DNA of 64,000 bases, taken from assembly GCA_965228735.1 (NCBI GenBank), contig OZ245838.1, positions 6,976,001 to 7,040,000 on the forward strand. Direction: 5' to 3'. Shown here piece by piece: positions 47,101-56,289 of the stretch (its first letter is position 1; each line of letters starts with the position of its first letter). The notes under the pieces were generated by a model. It searched no databases, was not told the origin of the DNA, and worked only from the letters and a program-made list of their open reading frames with translations. The stretch comes from Planctomycetota bacterium (lineage in GTDB: Bacteria > Planctomycetota > UBA1135 > UBA2386). The translations under genes were made by a program, and so were the position numbers.

Positions 47101-47907
47101 TTGGGTCGCCGTGGCCTGGTGCCGACGCTTGATCTTGAACGGGCGGCTGCGCGGCGCCGGCGTGAGCAGGCCGAGGTCCTCGACGTTCTGCGTGGTGAGC
47201 CATTCGAGCCCGATCGGTGCGAATGCCGCGTGCTCGGCGTCGACGAGTGCCTGCCGATTCGCGGTGTCCTCGTAGACCGCGGCGAGAACTCGCTGGACTT
47301 CGGGGTTCCAACGCAGCACGAGCTGGCGCTGCAGGAGTACGCGGAACCACGCGTGCTCCTGGGCCAGGTCCCCGGCGTCGTCGCGGTTGGCGAACGCGCT
47401 CGCGGCAGCCTGCAGCGAGTCTGAATCGTCGAGGTGCAGGAACGCGCGCCAGAACGCGAGGGCGCGATCCGGCGTCGCGAGCAGGTCGTGCTCGATCGGC
47501 GGGAATCGCAGTTGCGCGTCGCCGCGCTCGCCCTCGTGAATGCGCGAGTCGGCCGCGGCCTTGAGCTCGTCGCGCAGGCCCGCCGCGAGTTCTTCGTAGG
47601 CCGTCGCTGCGAGGCTCGTCGGCCGATCCTCGCCGCTGAGCTGGGGCCACCAGTCTCGAATGGTCTCGTACGCCGCGGTGAACTCGGCGATCGGCAGCCG
47701 TGCCATCGGGCACGTGCCCCCGTTGCCTTCGGTGCCTGCGCTGCTGCCGGAGCCGTCGTGCAGAGCGATTCGCATCCGTGCGCCCGCCGCAGCGCTCGCA
47801 TTGGCGGCGCGGACGAGCTCGAACCAGCTCTCGGGGTGGAGCAGCCAGACGACCTCGTCAGGCTCCCGGGTGAGTTCCTTCTCGAGCTCTGCGAGCGAAC
47901 TCAGCAT
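44155..47907 (-). CDS. Multidomain glycosyltransferase: unknown N-terminal domain, GT2, long coiled coil, degenerate GT4; 1250 aa
   Basis: GT2 ITVLIPSYKH, VVDDKSPD, LLNSDD; heptad-rich region at about 45530-46050; GT-B tail VLAAMAAGIPIVG. Confidence 0.88.
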   Translation of the reverse strand: MLSSLAELEKELTREPDEVVWLLHPESWFELVRAANASAAAGARMRIALHDGSGSSAGTEGNGGTCPMARLPIAEFTAAYETIRDWWPQLSGEDRPTSLAATAYEELAAGLRDELKAAADSRIHEGERGDAQLRFPPIEHDLLATPDRALAFWRAFLHLDDSDSLQAAASAFANRDDAGDLAQEHAWFRVLLQRQLVLRWNPEVQRVLAAVYEDTANRQALVDAEHAAFAPIGLEWLTTQNVEDLGLLTPAPRSRPFKIKRRHQATATQRDAAEITVLIPSYKHEQYIVSTIHSVLGQTAPELRVLVVDDKSPDGTVAAAEAIHDPRLEVRTNPENVGLGNSVLNALETIETPYVALLNSDDLFHPQRLEKCLAALRDDAECELVSTGLAIIDQDDKRLTTNNTSTLFHGRNVRDWVHWYDNTKPRSTQPDGLFGALLERNFLATSSNIVCRTDWLRDHKDALRSLKYCLDWQLFLDGAREQKLRWLPDRLIAYRLHPSNTVWFENEARWAYSLEVDRVAARAIRDHIAEFPDDSAERVELALRDIAEHLRHNTEVDWTGLYLNELIGGFRLEHHARESSAIADLAANLERLAWQKNDPTTAAERRRARALASKYTATTDEVYSLRSRDEWQKKRIDDDAARLRGIESELHAAQDRLVSAQNELTAKQEQIAEVDARLQQLQTEHNRATASLNQLEQDATSTRAALEATETDLRATKEELGRTHAELATAREQLIAAASSLAETRGELVTTERQRDELQAVLKRERTEFDRGLAARAHAQRELATQLAELELATESDRAAMSQFRGLRLQPGSSSRKLLRRLGKWHRKTKAAAAALRPRWASPYVAPTIVVAVVSDEGDRADSVRFCQEAAAEHRTILLRDGNAPAGTQQSDAGPGETVAWAFPEQVQRHWRYFRSRAQSRCDALLATLGSACGGDEERAFDILAQHLAFARAARRERAKLLIAGGRGSELVRAAITSQLLGVPWVGFVGTVEADDEAQSRWLGREFTNAGLLVPRSPELRNALLENGVPADHTVMRPFPVVECEQKPWIDAPPHLLVMAPMSADPGWDRLLATTIDLMNRGWQLELDVLGTVMPGSADSRACAANVRATMSAFGIAGQFQWRPEGGHGPDLDHQHRQFLGRPPAVMLAPWSEQRPTPLDRGVLAAMAAGIPIVGCDVSSVADAARADREAILVPTGQAARFVNQVAQLLRDPTRQTALGTNGRKRYFEEFASERTRATIAERIRLLLPR

Positions 47908-48107
47908 CGACGGATCTCTACTGGCGGTGCAAACCGCATGGCGGGTGGCAGGCTAGCGTGCGGAGGCGACCGGCGCGACGTCTATCCGTTGCCCGGAACC
48001 AGCCCTGTCATCGGCGTTTGCCGGGAGGGAGTGGAGCATATTCACCGCGGTGGACGATAGTCCCGTGAGGCGGTAGTAAGCTCTGCGCCCGATCTGCCCG
48101 AGCCAAC

Positions 48108-49238
48108 ATGACGCGAACCCTCCCGATCACCCTTGCCATGGTGTCGTACAACAAGAACGACACCATCGCGCTGTCCATCGAGTCGGCGGCGAAGGGCAGC
48201 ATGAAGCCCGACTTCCTCGTCATCTCGGACGACGGCAGCAGTGATGGCACGCCCCAGATCGCGGAGGAGACCGCCAGGAAGCTCGGCATTCCGTGCCGCA
48301 TCATCCACAACCTGCGCGTCGGCCGGTTTCGGCTGCAGACGATGCGCAATACCGTCGCCAACAACGCGCTGAACGGGGTGGTTTACCTGTCCGACTCGGA
48401 TTGCATCTTCGGCGAGCACTGCATCGAGTCGCACTGGGAGATCCATCGCCAGCACCCGTTCGCGGTCGGCACGGGGCCGCGCTACGAGTATCTCGAAGGC
48501 AACTCGGGGCCGTTCAAGGCGACGTTCCAGACGCTCGAGTATGCCCACTTCCCGGGCGGGCACTACTGCACGCCGGTCGGCGCCAACTTCTCGTTCCGCA
48601 AGACCACGTGGAAGCGGCTCGGCGGCTTCGACCGTGCATACGAGGGCGCCTACGGGATGGACGAGTTCCAGTTCAGCCTCTCGGCCGAGAGCGCCGGGGC
48701 CGAGTGCATCGCCGATCCCGGCGCCTACCTGTTCCACATTCCGCACGACACGCTGTTCGGCAGTCGCGGCGCGTGGCGCAACATCGGCGTCTTCAACGAG
48801 ACCTACGCCCGCGATCACATCGAGGAGGAGCGCGTGATGGTCGAGGATCGCGCGTCGCCTTGGTACTACCGTGGCCTGCGCAAGACGCCGATCCTCGGTG
48901 ACAAGGTCAAGCTCAACGAGTGGGGGGCGCCGGACGGGTTCGTCCCGCCGGCCGACATCGAGATGAGCCGCAGCCTGCGCCCGCTGACCGAGCCGGTCGA
49001 GCGGTATCTGCAGACCAAGGCCGCGGAGGACCTGGTCGCGATCAAACACCTCGTGGCGGAGCTCGACTGGCGGCGCCACGGGCACACGACGCCGGCGCAC
49101 GTCAAGTTCGGCGAGCTGCACCACCTGATGAACGACTACAAGGACCTGCAGGACCTCGAGGACCGCTTGCGTTGGTGGCTCGGGAACGCGCAGACCCTGG
49201 CTGCCCACGTCGGGGGGCAGGCGACGGAAACACGATGA
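48108..49238 (+). CDS. GT2 glycosyltransferase
   Basis: MVSYNK, ISDDGSSD, LSDSDC, GANFSF, LGGFD. Confidence 0.9.
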   Translation: MTRTLPITLAMVSYNKNDTIALSIESAAKGSMKPDFLVISDDGSSDGTPQIAEETARKLGIPCRIIHNLRVGRFRLQTMRNTVANNALNGVVYLSDSDCIFGEHCIESHWEIHRQHPFAVGTGPRYEYLEGNSGPFKATFQTLEYAHFPGGHYCTPVGANFSFRKTTWKRLGGFDRAYEGAYGMDEFQFSLSAESAGAECIADPGAYLFHIPHDTLFGSRGAWRNIGVFNETYARDHIEEERVMVEDRASPWYYRGLRKTPILGDKVKLNEWGAPDGFVPPADIEMSRSLRPLTEPVERYLQTKAAEDLVAIKHLVAELDWRRHGHTTPAHVKFGELHHLMNDYKDLQDLEDRLRWWLGNAQTLAAHVGGQATETR

Positions 49239-51550
49239 AGATCTGCATCATCAGCTACGAGTACGAGCCGTTTCCGGGGGGCGGCATCGCGACGTATCAC
49301 AATGCGGCCGCGAAGATCCTCGCGGCGGCCGGGCACGAAGTGCACGTCGTCACGAACTTCGCCAATCACGGCAGCTACGAGCCGCAGCACACGCACCGGC
49401 TGTGGACGGACGGCAACCTCACGATCCATCGGTTGTTCCACTTCGACGGTCGCCGCGAGGTGCGGCAGGGCGCGCAATTCCTCGACGTCATCCCCGATCG
49501 CTACGCCGACCGCGGCAAGCTCTGGGCGAACGAGCCGTCGAACATCGCGGCCATCCAGTGCGCGGCATACGTCGAGCAGCTGCATCTCGATCACGGCATC
49601 GACGTGATCGAGAGCCCCGAGTTCTTCGCCGAGGCGTTCTACGTCATCCGCGCGCGGCACGCGGGCCGGCGGGCGAGTTTCCCGCCGGTCTGCGTGCACG
49701 GCCACGTCAGCTCGCGCATCGCGTTCGCCACCAATCGGCATCCGTGGGAGCTCGGCTACCACCCGCACCGGCAGATGATGCTGCGCGAGGAATACTGCGT
49801 GCAGAACGCCGACGCGTTGCTCACGCCGTCGCACGCGCTCATGGCGCGCTACCGCGAGCAGTTCGGCGACGATCTGCCGGCCATCCAGCGCACGATCCCG
49901 TACTTCCTCGACCTTCCCGAGGCCGGCCAGCAAGTGCCGAAGGAACTTCACGGCGGGCGGTTCCTCGTGTGCGTCGGTCGGATCGAACCGCGCAAGGGTT
50001 CGGACGACGCGATGCGCGCCTTCGCCCGGCTCGCGAGCGACTACCCGGGCCTCAAGCTCGTCTTCCTCGGCAAGGAGATGTGGCACCAGGGCGAGTCGGT
50101 GCAGGACGTGATCGACGCGCTCGTGCCGGAGGCGTTCCAGAACCGCGTCGTGCGGCTCGGCAACATCCCGCGCGAGCAGGCGCTCGCGGCGATGCAGCAG
50201 GCCGCCGCGTTCCTGCACCCGGCACCGTGGGACAACTACCCGTGCGCGACCCTCGAGGCGATGGGCGTCGGCGCGATGTGCATCGTGTCCGATCAGGGTG
50301 GGCAGTCGGAGATGGTGACGGACGGCAAGACCGGTCTCGTCCATCGAGCCGGTGACGTCGATGGCCTCGTGGCGGCGATCAAGACCGCGCTGGACGACGA
50401 CGCCAGGGTCGCGACCTTCCGCAAGGCGGCGAAGGACCACGCGATCGAGCTGACCGACGAGAAGCGGCTCGTGGCCGAGAAGATCGCGATGTTCGAGGAG
50501 ATGCTCGAGCGCGAGAAGCAGAACCGCACCGCGATCGAGGACGCCTACTACCTGCCGCCGACGCTGCATCCGCTCGAAGTGCCGCCGGCGCTCGGCGGCA
50601 AGGGCATCGTCGTGCTCGATGCGGGCGGCGACCCGGGCGATCGCTACAAGTCCTCGATGGCGTCGATCGACGCCGAGCTGCGCGGCTCGCCGGGTTGGGC
50701 CGTCAAGGTCCTGCGCGATCCCGAACAGACCGTCGAGACGCCGGCCAACTGGACGACGACGACGACGATCGACCCGCTGCCGTGGGCCGACCTCGACGAC
50801 GACGACACGGTCGTCTGGGTGCTGTCCGGCTGCCGTTTCGACCTCGGCCGGTTGCGCGACGTGGCGCGGCAGCCGACCGATGCGCCCGTGGCGTGCGGCT
50901 CGTTCGGCTGGCTGCGACCGGCGAGCGCGCAGGTGTTCCCGTACAGCCCTGACTTCGGGTTCGAGGATCTGCTCGTCGGCGGTCACGTGCTGCCGCCCGT
51001 GTTCGCTGTCAAGGTTCGCGATCTGCGTCACATCCGGTCGTTGTCGGGGCTCTACGAGCCCGAACAGCGGCTCGGTGCGTTGCTGGCGGCCACGTCCGCG
51101 AAGGGCGACATGATGATGCAGCACACCGGCGAAGTGCTCGGCGACTTCTACGGGGATCTGCCGCTCGTCAGTCAGGACATTCAGTATCGCGCGATCGGCT
51201 TCCTCGAGATCCACGGTCTCATGCCACGCCGTATGACGATGCTCGGGAACCTCGTCGAGGTGCCAAACGCGCCAGTCGCGCCGCCGCCGGCGCCGCCGGC
51301 TCAGCCGCCCGGGGAGAACGGCAAACAGACTGATTCGCAGCCCGCCGCCGCGCCGCCGGCCCAGAGCTCACCGGTCGCCGACATCGCGACGCTCGAGAAG
51401 GTCTACTACGAGCACATGAAGCTCAAGGAGCTCGGCGTCGTGCGCATGTTGCGCAGGCTCGGCGTCTTCAGCATGGCGCGCAAGGTCATGCCGGGCAGCA
51501 AGAACTACATCGGCGACGGCAAGAGCCACGGCGACGACAACCACCGTTGA
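49235..51550 (+). CDS. GT4 glycosyltransferase with a C-terminal extension (degenerate GT2-like domain, Pro-rich linker), 771 aa
   Basis: ATGA overlap; GGGIATY, VGRIEPRKG, WDNYPCATLEAMG. Confidence 0.88.
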   Translation: MKICIISYEYEPFPGGGIATYHNAAAKILAAAGHEVHVVTNFANHGSYEPQHTHRLWTDGNLTIHRLFHFDGRREVRQGAQFLDVIPDRYADRGKLWANEPSNIAAIQCAAYVEQLHLDHGIDVIESPEFFAEAFYVIRARHAGRRASFPPVCVHGHVSSRIAFATNRHPWELGYHPHRQMMLREEYCVQNADALLTPSHALMARYREQFGDDLPAIQRTIPYFLDLPEAGQQVPKELHGGRFLVCVGRIEPRKGSDDAMRAFARLASDYPGLKLVFLGKEMWHQGESVQDVIDALVPEAFQNRVVRLGNIPREQALAAMQQAAAFLHPAPWDNYPCATLEAMGVGAMCIVSDQGGQSEMVTDGKTGLVHRAGDVDGLVAAIKTALDDDARVATFRKAAKDHAIELTDEKRLVAEKIAMFEEMLEREKQNRTAIEDAYYLPPTLHPLEVPPALGGKGIVVLDAGGDPGDRYKSSMASIDAELRGSPGWAVKVLRDPEQTVETPANWTTTTTIDPLPWADLDDDDTVVWVLSGCRFDLGRLRDVARQPTDAPVACGSFGWLRPASAQVFPYSPDFGFEDLLVGGHVLPPVFAVKVRDLRHIRSLSGLYEPEQRLGALLAATSAKGDMMMQHTGEVLGDFYGDLPLVSQDIQYRAIGFLEIHGLMPRRMTMLGNLVEVPNAPVAPPPAPPAQPPGENGKQTDSQPAAAPPAQSSPVADIATLEKVYYEHMKLKELGVVRMLRRLGVFSMARKVMPGSKNYIGDGKSHGDDNHR

Positions 51551-51580
51551 GCGGCGGCAACGGTCGGCTCGGCGGCACCG

Positions 51581-52855
51581 TCAGCGACCGGACCAGTGGG
51601 CCCAGATCGCGTCCGCGACCGTGTGGCCCTTGAACCGCACGCCCGCCGGCAGGTGGTGGCCGACGTCGCGAAAGAACTCCTCGTGCTGCCCCGTCGTCAG
51701 CGCGTCGAGATCCACGAGCAGCGCTCGATCGCCGTAGCCGGCGGCGGCCTGGCGTAGCAGGATAGAGAAGGCCGCAATGCCGGGCGCATCGCTGCTGAAT
51801 GCGATCTCCGGATTCTTGGAATGTCCCTGCGTCACCAGGACCGGGACGATCGAGTTGCTGTTCGCCAGCTCGACGACCGTGTTGACGTTGCGCAGGTAGG
51901 TACGCGCGAGCTGTTCTTGGGCGTTGCCGCGCCGATGCGGTCGGTGGAGTGCGCCGCCGAGATCGGCCCATGGCGGTTTCGGCGCGAGACGGTGCGCGAG
52001 GAAGCGATACACGAGGCTGCCGCGAATCAGCCAGACGTCCGGTGGAGTCGGCGGGTCGAAGGCCTTGAACGCGTGCGAGTAGTCCCCGCGAAAATCGTCG
52101 GGGTGACCGTTGGCGCGCAGGTCGTTCCAACCGTGATGGAATACGACGTAGTCTGGCCGGTAGTCGAGTGCGTTGAGCGCGAAGTTCACGACCGAGTGGG
52201 CCGAGGTGTAGTAGCCCATCGCGAACGACACGCACTCGAAGCGCTTGCCCGTGTCCTTCGCGAGTTCGTTGAGGCGGCGTTCCGCGGCGCGGAAGTAGCC
52301 GGTCGCGGTTGTCGAGCCACCGAGGAACGCGATGCGCACGACGTCATCCGGCTTCTCGAGGGTGACGTTCGGGCCCACGAACCCGAGATCGTTCAGGCCG
52401 GCGGTTCCGAGCACGTCGGTTCCCAGAAGCGCGCGATGCGGTCGACCCACGAACTGCAGGAACGGGTGTCCGACGTAGGCCGCACGTTCTGGGTATGTTC
52501 GGTCGGCGAGTGCCACGTGGGTCGCGATCCAGGTGTCGGAGCAGAAGATGCGGGCCCAGGTCCGCGTGCCCGTCTCGATACCACCGACGATCAGGATCGG
52601 CAGCAACACCGCGGTGAGTCGCGGGCTTCGCGTCCGAACCGCCGCGATCCCGAGGCCGACGAGGATCGTCGACATGCCCCAGAGTGGAGCGTGGTCGACG
52701 TCGTCGAGCGGCGCCAGTGCGATCGTTGCGTGTGCCCAGAGCGGGACGATGAGGAGGCCGAGGAGCGCCGTCATCGCGCCGACCGTGCGCGGAATTGCCG
52801 CGGGCATCGGGCGGCGCCGGGCGCCGGGAGCGCGCGTCTGGGACGCCGAGGTCAT
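51581..52855 (-). CDS. Membrane-anchored SGNH/GDSL-family protein
   Basis: Three N-terminal hydrophobic helices; RIAFLGGSTT, HGWND, FRDVGHH; ATGA overlap with the upstream GT. Confidence 0.78.
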   Translation of the reverse strand: MTSASQTRAPGARRRPMPAAIPRTVGAMTALLGLLIVPLWAHATIALAPLDDVDHAPLWGMSTILVGLGIAAVRTRSPRLTAVLLPILIVGGIETGTRTWARIFCSDTWIATHVALADRTYPERAAYVGHPFLQFVGRPHRALLGTDVLGTAGLNDLGFVGPNVTLEKPDDVVRIAFLGGSTTATGYFRAAERRLNELAKDTGKRFECVSFAMGYYTSAHSVVNFALNALDYRPDYVVFHHGWNDLRANGHPDDFRGDYSHAFKAFDPPTPPDVWLIRGSLVYRFLAHRLAPKPPWADLGGALHRPHRRGNAQEQLARTYLRNVNTVVELANSNSIVPVLVTQGHSKNPEIAFSSDAPGIAAFSILLRQAAAGYGDRALLVDLDALTTGQHEEFFRDVGHHLPAGVRFKGHTVADAIWAHWSGR

Positions 52856-53892
52856 CGTCCGCGGAAGATCTTGCGGTAGGCCTCTTCCTGGAGCGCGCCC
52901 ATCTTCTCCCACGCGAAGTCGAGGGCGCGTTCGCGGGCCTTGCTTCCGATCTGCTCGGTGTACTCGCGGCTGTCGCAGACCCTCTGAATCGCTGCGACCG
53001 CGGCGTCGATGTCGCCCGGCGGCACGAGCTCACCGCAGCCTTCGCTCACGTACTCCGGCGTTCCGCCCGTGTTGGTGGAGATCACGCCGGTGCCGCAGCT
53101 CATCGCCTCGAGCATCGCGTTGTTCGCCGTGGACATCGCGAGCGGCAGGAACAGCGCATGGGCGCTGCGGTACTCCTCGAGCAGCTGCGCGTCCGGAATC
53201 TTCGTCATGACCGTGGTGTTCGGCAGCGGCTCGAACTCCGCGACGCGGTCGGGGAACGTGACGATGCGGAACTTCGCCGGCAGGCCGCGCTCGGCGCACT
53301 TCCTGATCGTGGCCTTTGCCATCTCGATGTCGCGAAGCCAGACGCCGACGAACAAGAACGTCGGGTCCTCACGGCGTTGCACGTTCGCGTCCGGGCGCCA
53401 GTGCTCGACGGCGACGCCGTGGGGCACGCAGAAGATGCGTTCCTTCGGCACGAACTGGCTCATGTACGGGATCTGCGACTCGGCCATCACGATGATGCCG
53501 TCGAGCCCGCGGATGTAGTTCTTGTCCTCGACATGGGTGTCGAGGAACTCCGGCGGCTGGTGGAACGACGCGACGAATTTATTGTTCCAGCGCCAGCGCC
53601 ACTGCGAGCAGACGCGGACATCGTTCTCGGCGTAGAACCAGTGGAACAGCGTGCGCGCCGGGAACATCGCCGATCGCGCGCAGATCGCGATCTCGCGCCG
53701 CATCGCCCAGCCCGAGTACCACGGCGTGTCGTGCCACTTGGACGCCTCGAGCCGCGAATACTTGATCTTGCCCGTCAGCTTGTAGAGCGCACCGTCCTTG
53801 TAGGGCTTGGCACGCACGTACTTCGCGAGCTGGTCGTAGCCCGAGTGCGCGGCGTGGTGCTCGATGTGGTTGTAGATCAGGCGGACGGGCAT
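52852..53892 (-). CDS. GT4 glycosyltransferase
   Basis: VPHGV, FLFVGVWLRD, STANNAMLEAMSCG, VPPGD. Confidence 0.9.
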   Translation of the reverse strand: MPVRLIYNHIEHHAAHSGYDQLAKYVRAKPYKDGALYKLTGKIKYSRLEASKWHDTPWYSGWAMRREIAICARSAMFPARTLFHWFYAENDVRVCSQWRWRWNNKFVASFHQPPEFLDTHVEDKNYIRGLDGIIVMAESQIPYMSQFVPKERIFCVPHGVAVEHWRPDANVQRREDPTFLFVGVWLRDIEMAKATIRKCAERGLPAKFRIVTFPDRVAEFEPLPNTTVMTKIPDAQLLEEYRSAHALFLPLAMSTANNAMLEAMSCGTGVISTNTGGTPEYVSEGCGELVPPGDIDAAVAAIQRVCDSREYTEQIGSKARERALDFAWEKMGALQEEAYRKIFRGR

Positions 53893-53979
53893 CAGGCTCC
53901 GTGACGGGGCGAAGAATTGGACGGGCACGATAACGACGCGGATTCCGGGGTCTACCCCCGCGGCGGCGGGGTTGCGCCC

Positions 53980-55245
53980 TCAGCCGCGATAGGTCGCGGT
54001 GAAGACGTCGTAGTTATCGGCGATGCCGCTCGGTGGCCTCATGCGCAGGTTGGCGAACCACTCGGGCCCGGCCGCGAGGCGCTCGAGGATCGCGCGCAAA
54101 GCCTCGGTGTCACCGGCCGGAAAGAGGAACCCGTTCTCGCCCTCGACGATGATCTCGCTGAGCCCGCCGAGATCCGAGGCGATCACCGGCACGCCGGCCA
54201 TGAAGGCCTCGAGCACGACGAACGGGGTGTTCTCGTACCAGAGGCTCGGCACGACGAGCACGTCCATCGCGGCGAACACCCGTGCCGCATCGGCAGCCGC
54301 GTACGGGCCCGGGAACGTGATGCGTTCGTCGTTCTCGGCCAGCCGCACGATCGGGTCGATGTAGTCCTGGAACAACGGCTCCTCGGTGCGACCGTGGATC
54401 GTCACGTCGACGGCGGCATCCGACGACCGTACGGCGTCGACGAGCAGGTGCGGCGCCTTCCACGGCGACAGCACGCCGCAGAAGCCGACCCGCAACGGAG
54501 TTCGCGGGCGTTCCGCTGCGATGGGCACGATGCGGTCTGGTTCGAGCCCGTACGGCACGACGGTCATGCGGTCCACCGGGAGGCCGTTCCTCTCGAACAT
54601 CCGAGCGAGAAAGCGCGAGGGGGCGATCACCGCATCGGCTGCAGCGAGGTTCTCGCGCTGGATACGCTGCCGGTCGAGCAGGGCACGCAACCGGCTGGGT
54701 GGGTCGTCGGCCGCCGAATCGGTCGCCGGTTCGACGCCGGCGAGCTCCGGGTGCTCGCACTCGATGCAGCCGTTGCCCCCGTCTGGTGGGCCCTCGCACA
54801 GGCCACCGTCGCTGCGCAGCAGCGTGAAGCGCGGACAGAGGTACCAGAAGTCCATCAGGTTGACGACGGTCCGGACCGCGTTGCGCTGGGCGACCCGGAT
54901 CAGGTTCGAGCCGAGCTGGCGCAGGTGGAAGAAGTGGACCGCGTCTGGTTCGACGTCGTCCAGCACGGCCTGGAACCAGCCGTCGAGGTGGCGGTTCTCG
55001 TAGTCGCGCAGCACCGCATTCGGGTTCATCCGCCGCCAGTGGTTGAGGCGCAGGACGCGGAAGTTGTCGTAGGGCGCCTCGAAGAGCCGCACGGGCGGCA
55101 TCTCGTCCTCGTGCCGCGGATTCAGCGACAGCACAGTGACGTTGTCACCGCGGCGTCGCGCCTCGCGCGCCACGGCGAGGCAGTACTGCTCGGTCCCCGA
55201 GTGGCAGTCGGGGAAGAACTGGTGGATGACGAAGAGGAGCCGCAT
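53980..55245 (-). CDS. GT4 glycosyltransferase with a Cys-rich insert
   Basis: HQFFP..SGTEQY, DFWYLCPR, PSLWYENTPFVVLEA. Confidence 0.92.
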   Translation of the reverse strand: MRLLFVIHQFFPDCHSGTEQYCLAVAREARRRGDNVTVLSLNPRHEDEMPPVRLFEAPYDNFRVLRLNHWRRMNPNAVLRDYENRHLDGWFQAVLDDVEPDAVHFFHLRQLGSNLIRVAQRNAVRTVVNLMDFWYLCPRFTLLRSDGGLCEGPPDGGNGCIECEHPELAGVEPATDSAADDPPSRLRALLDRQRIQRENLAAADAVIAPSRFLARMFERNGLPVDRMTVVPYGLEPDRIVPIAAERPRTPLRVGFCGVLSPWKAPHLLVDAVRSSDAAVDVTIHGRTEEPLFQDYIDPIVRLAENDERITFPGPYAAADAARVFAAMDVLVVPSLWYENTPFVVLEAFMAGVPVIASDLGGLSEIIVEGENGFLFPAGDTEALRAILERLAAGPEWFANLRMRPPSGIADNYDVFTATYRG

Positions 55246-55314
55246 CGATCGCCGCTCGAGAAGACTAGCTCCTACCGTAGAGATCGCGAACGGAACCCGG
55301 CATCATCCGCGCCC

Positions 55315-56283
55315 GTGCGCACCTCACTCGTGATGCCGACCTGGAATGCCGGACCGTTGCTCGACGAAGTGCTCGCATCGATCACGGCGCTCGAAGGTGT
55401 GCGGTTCGACGAGCTGATCGCCGTCGACAGCGGGTCGAAGGACGGCACGGTCGAACGGCTGCGGAACGCCGGGTTCGACGTGGAGTCGATCCCGCAGCGC
55501 GAGTTCGATCACGGCAGCACGCGGGATCGTGGCATCAGCAGAGCGACGGGCGACGTCGTCGTGCTGCTCGTCCAGGACGCCACGCTGCAGGGCAACGACT
55601 GGCTCGCGCGCATGATCGAGCCGTTTGCCGACCCGGACGTCGCGGGCGTCTGGTGCCGCCAGATCCCGCGGCCCGGCTGTCAGCCCGTGCTCGATCGGCG
55701 GATCCGCAACTGGCCGGGGCTCGGGGAGGTCGCGACGAAGAAGCAGCTGCCCGAGGGCAAGCAACTCACCGATCTGGAGCCGTTCGACCAGCTCATGCTG
55801 TGCGCGTTCGACAACGTCGCGTCCGCGGTGCGGCGTTCGGTGTGGGAGCGCTTTCCGCTCGGACCGCGCCGGTTCGGCGAGGACATCTACTTCGGCAAGC
55901 GCGTGATCGCGGACGGGCTGGCGATCGTGCACCAGGGCGGCGCGTGTGTCGTCCACAGCCACGATCGCAGTGCGTGGGACGAGGGGCGTCGCACGTTCTG
56001 CGATCATCGCAACCTGCGCCGGTTGTTCGGCATGGTGGGGATCCCGACCTACGCCGACGTCAAGAAGGGCATCCCGCACGCCACCGAGGAACACGTGAAC
56101 TACGTCAAGAGTCTCGGCTTGCCTCCCGAGCAGGAAGGGCCGGCGGTCGAGTGGACCCGCGACTACGTGAAGTACCAGGTGTGGGGTCAGTACCTGGGCG
56201 CGAAAGCCGGGGCGGATCGGAAGGGCCTGAAGGGCGTGTTCTTCCGGTGGCTCGGTCGGCGGCTCGAGCGGGGTATCGGCTGA
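55315..56283 (+). CDS. GT2 glycosyltransferase (rhamnosyltransferase-like)
   Basis: SLVMPTWNAG, VDSGSKDGT, EFDHGSTR, LVQDA, FDNVASA, FGED, VHSH. Confidence 0.9.
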   Translation: MRTSLVMPTWNAGPLLDEVLASITALEGVRFDELIAVDSGSKDGTVERLRNAGFDVESIPQREFDHGSTRDRGISRATGDVVVLLVQDATLQGNDWLARMIEPFADPDVAGVWCRQIPRPGCQPVLDRRIRNWPGLGEVATKKQLPEGKQLTDLEPFDQLMLCAFDNVASAVRRSVWERFPLGPRRFGEDIYFGKRVIADGLAIVHQGGACVVHSHDRSAWDEGRRTFCDHRNLRRLFGMVGIPTYADVKKGIPHATEEHVNYVKSLGLPPEQEGPAVEWTRDYVKYQVWGQYLGAKAGADRKGLKGVFFRWLGRRLERGIG

Positions 56284-56289
56284 CGATCG

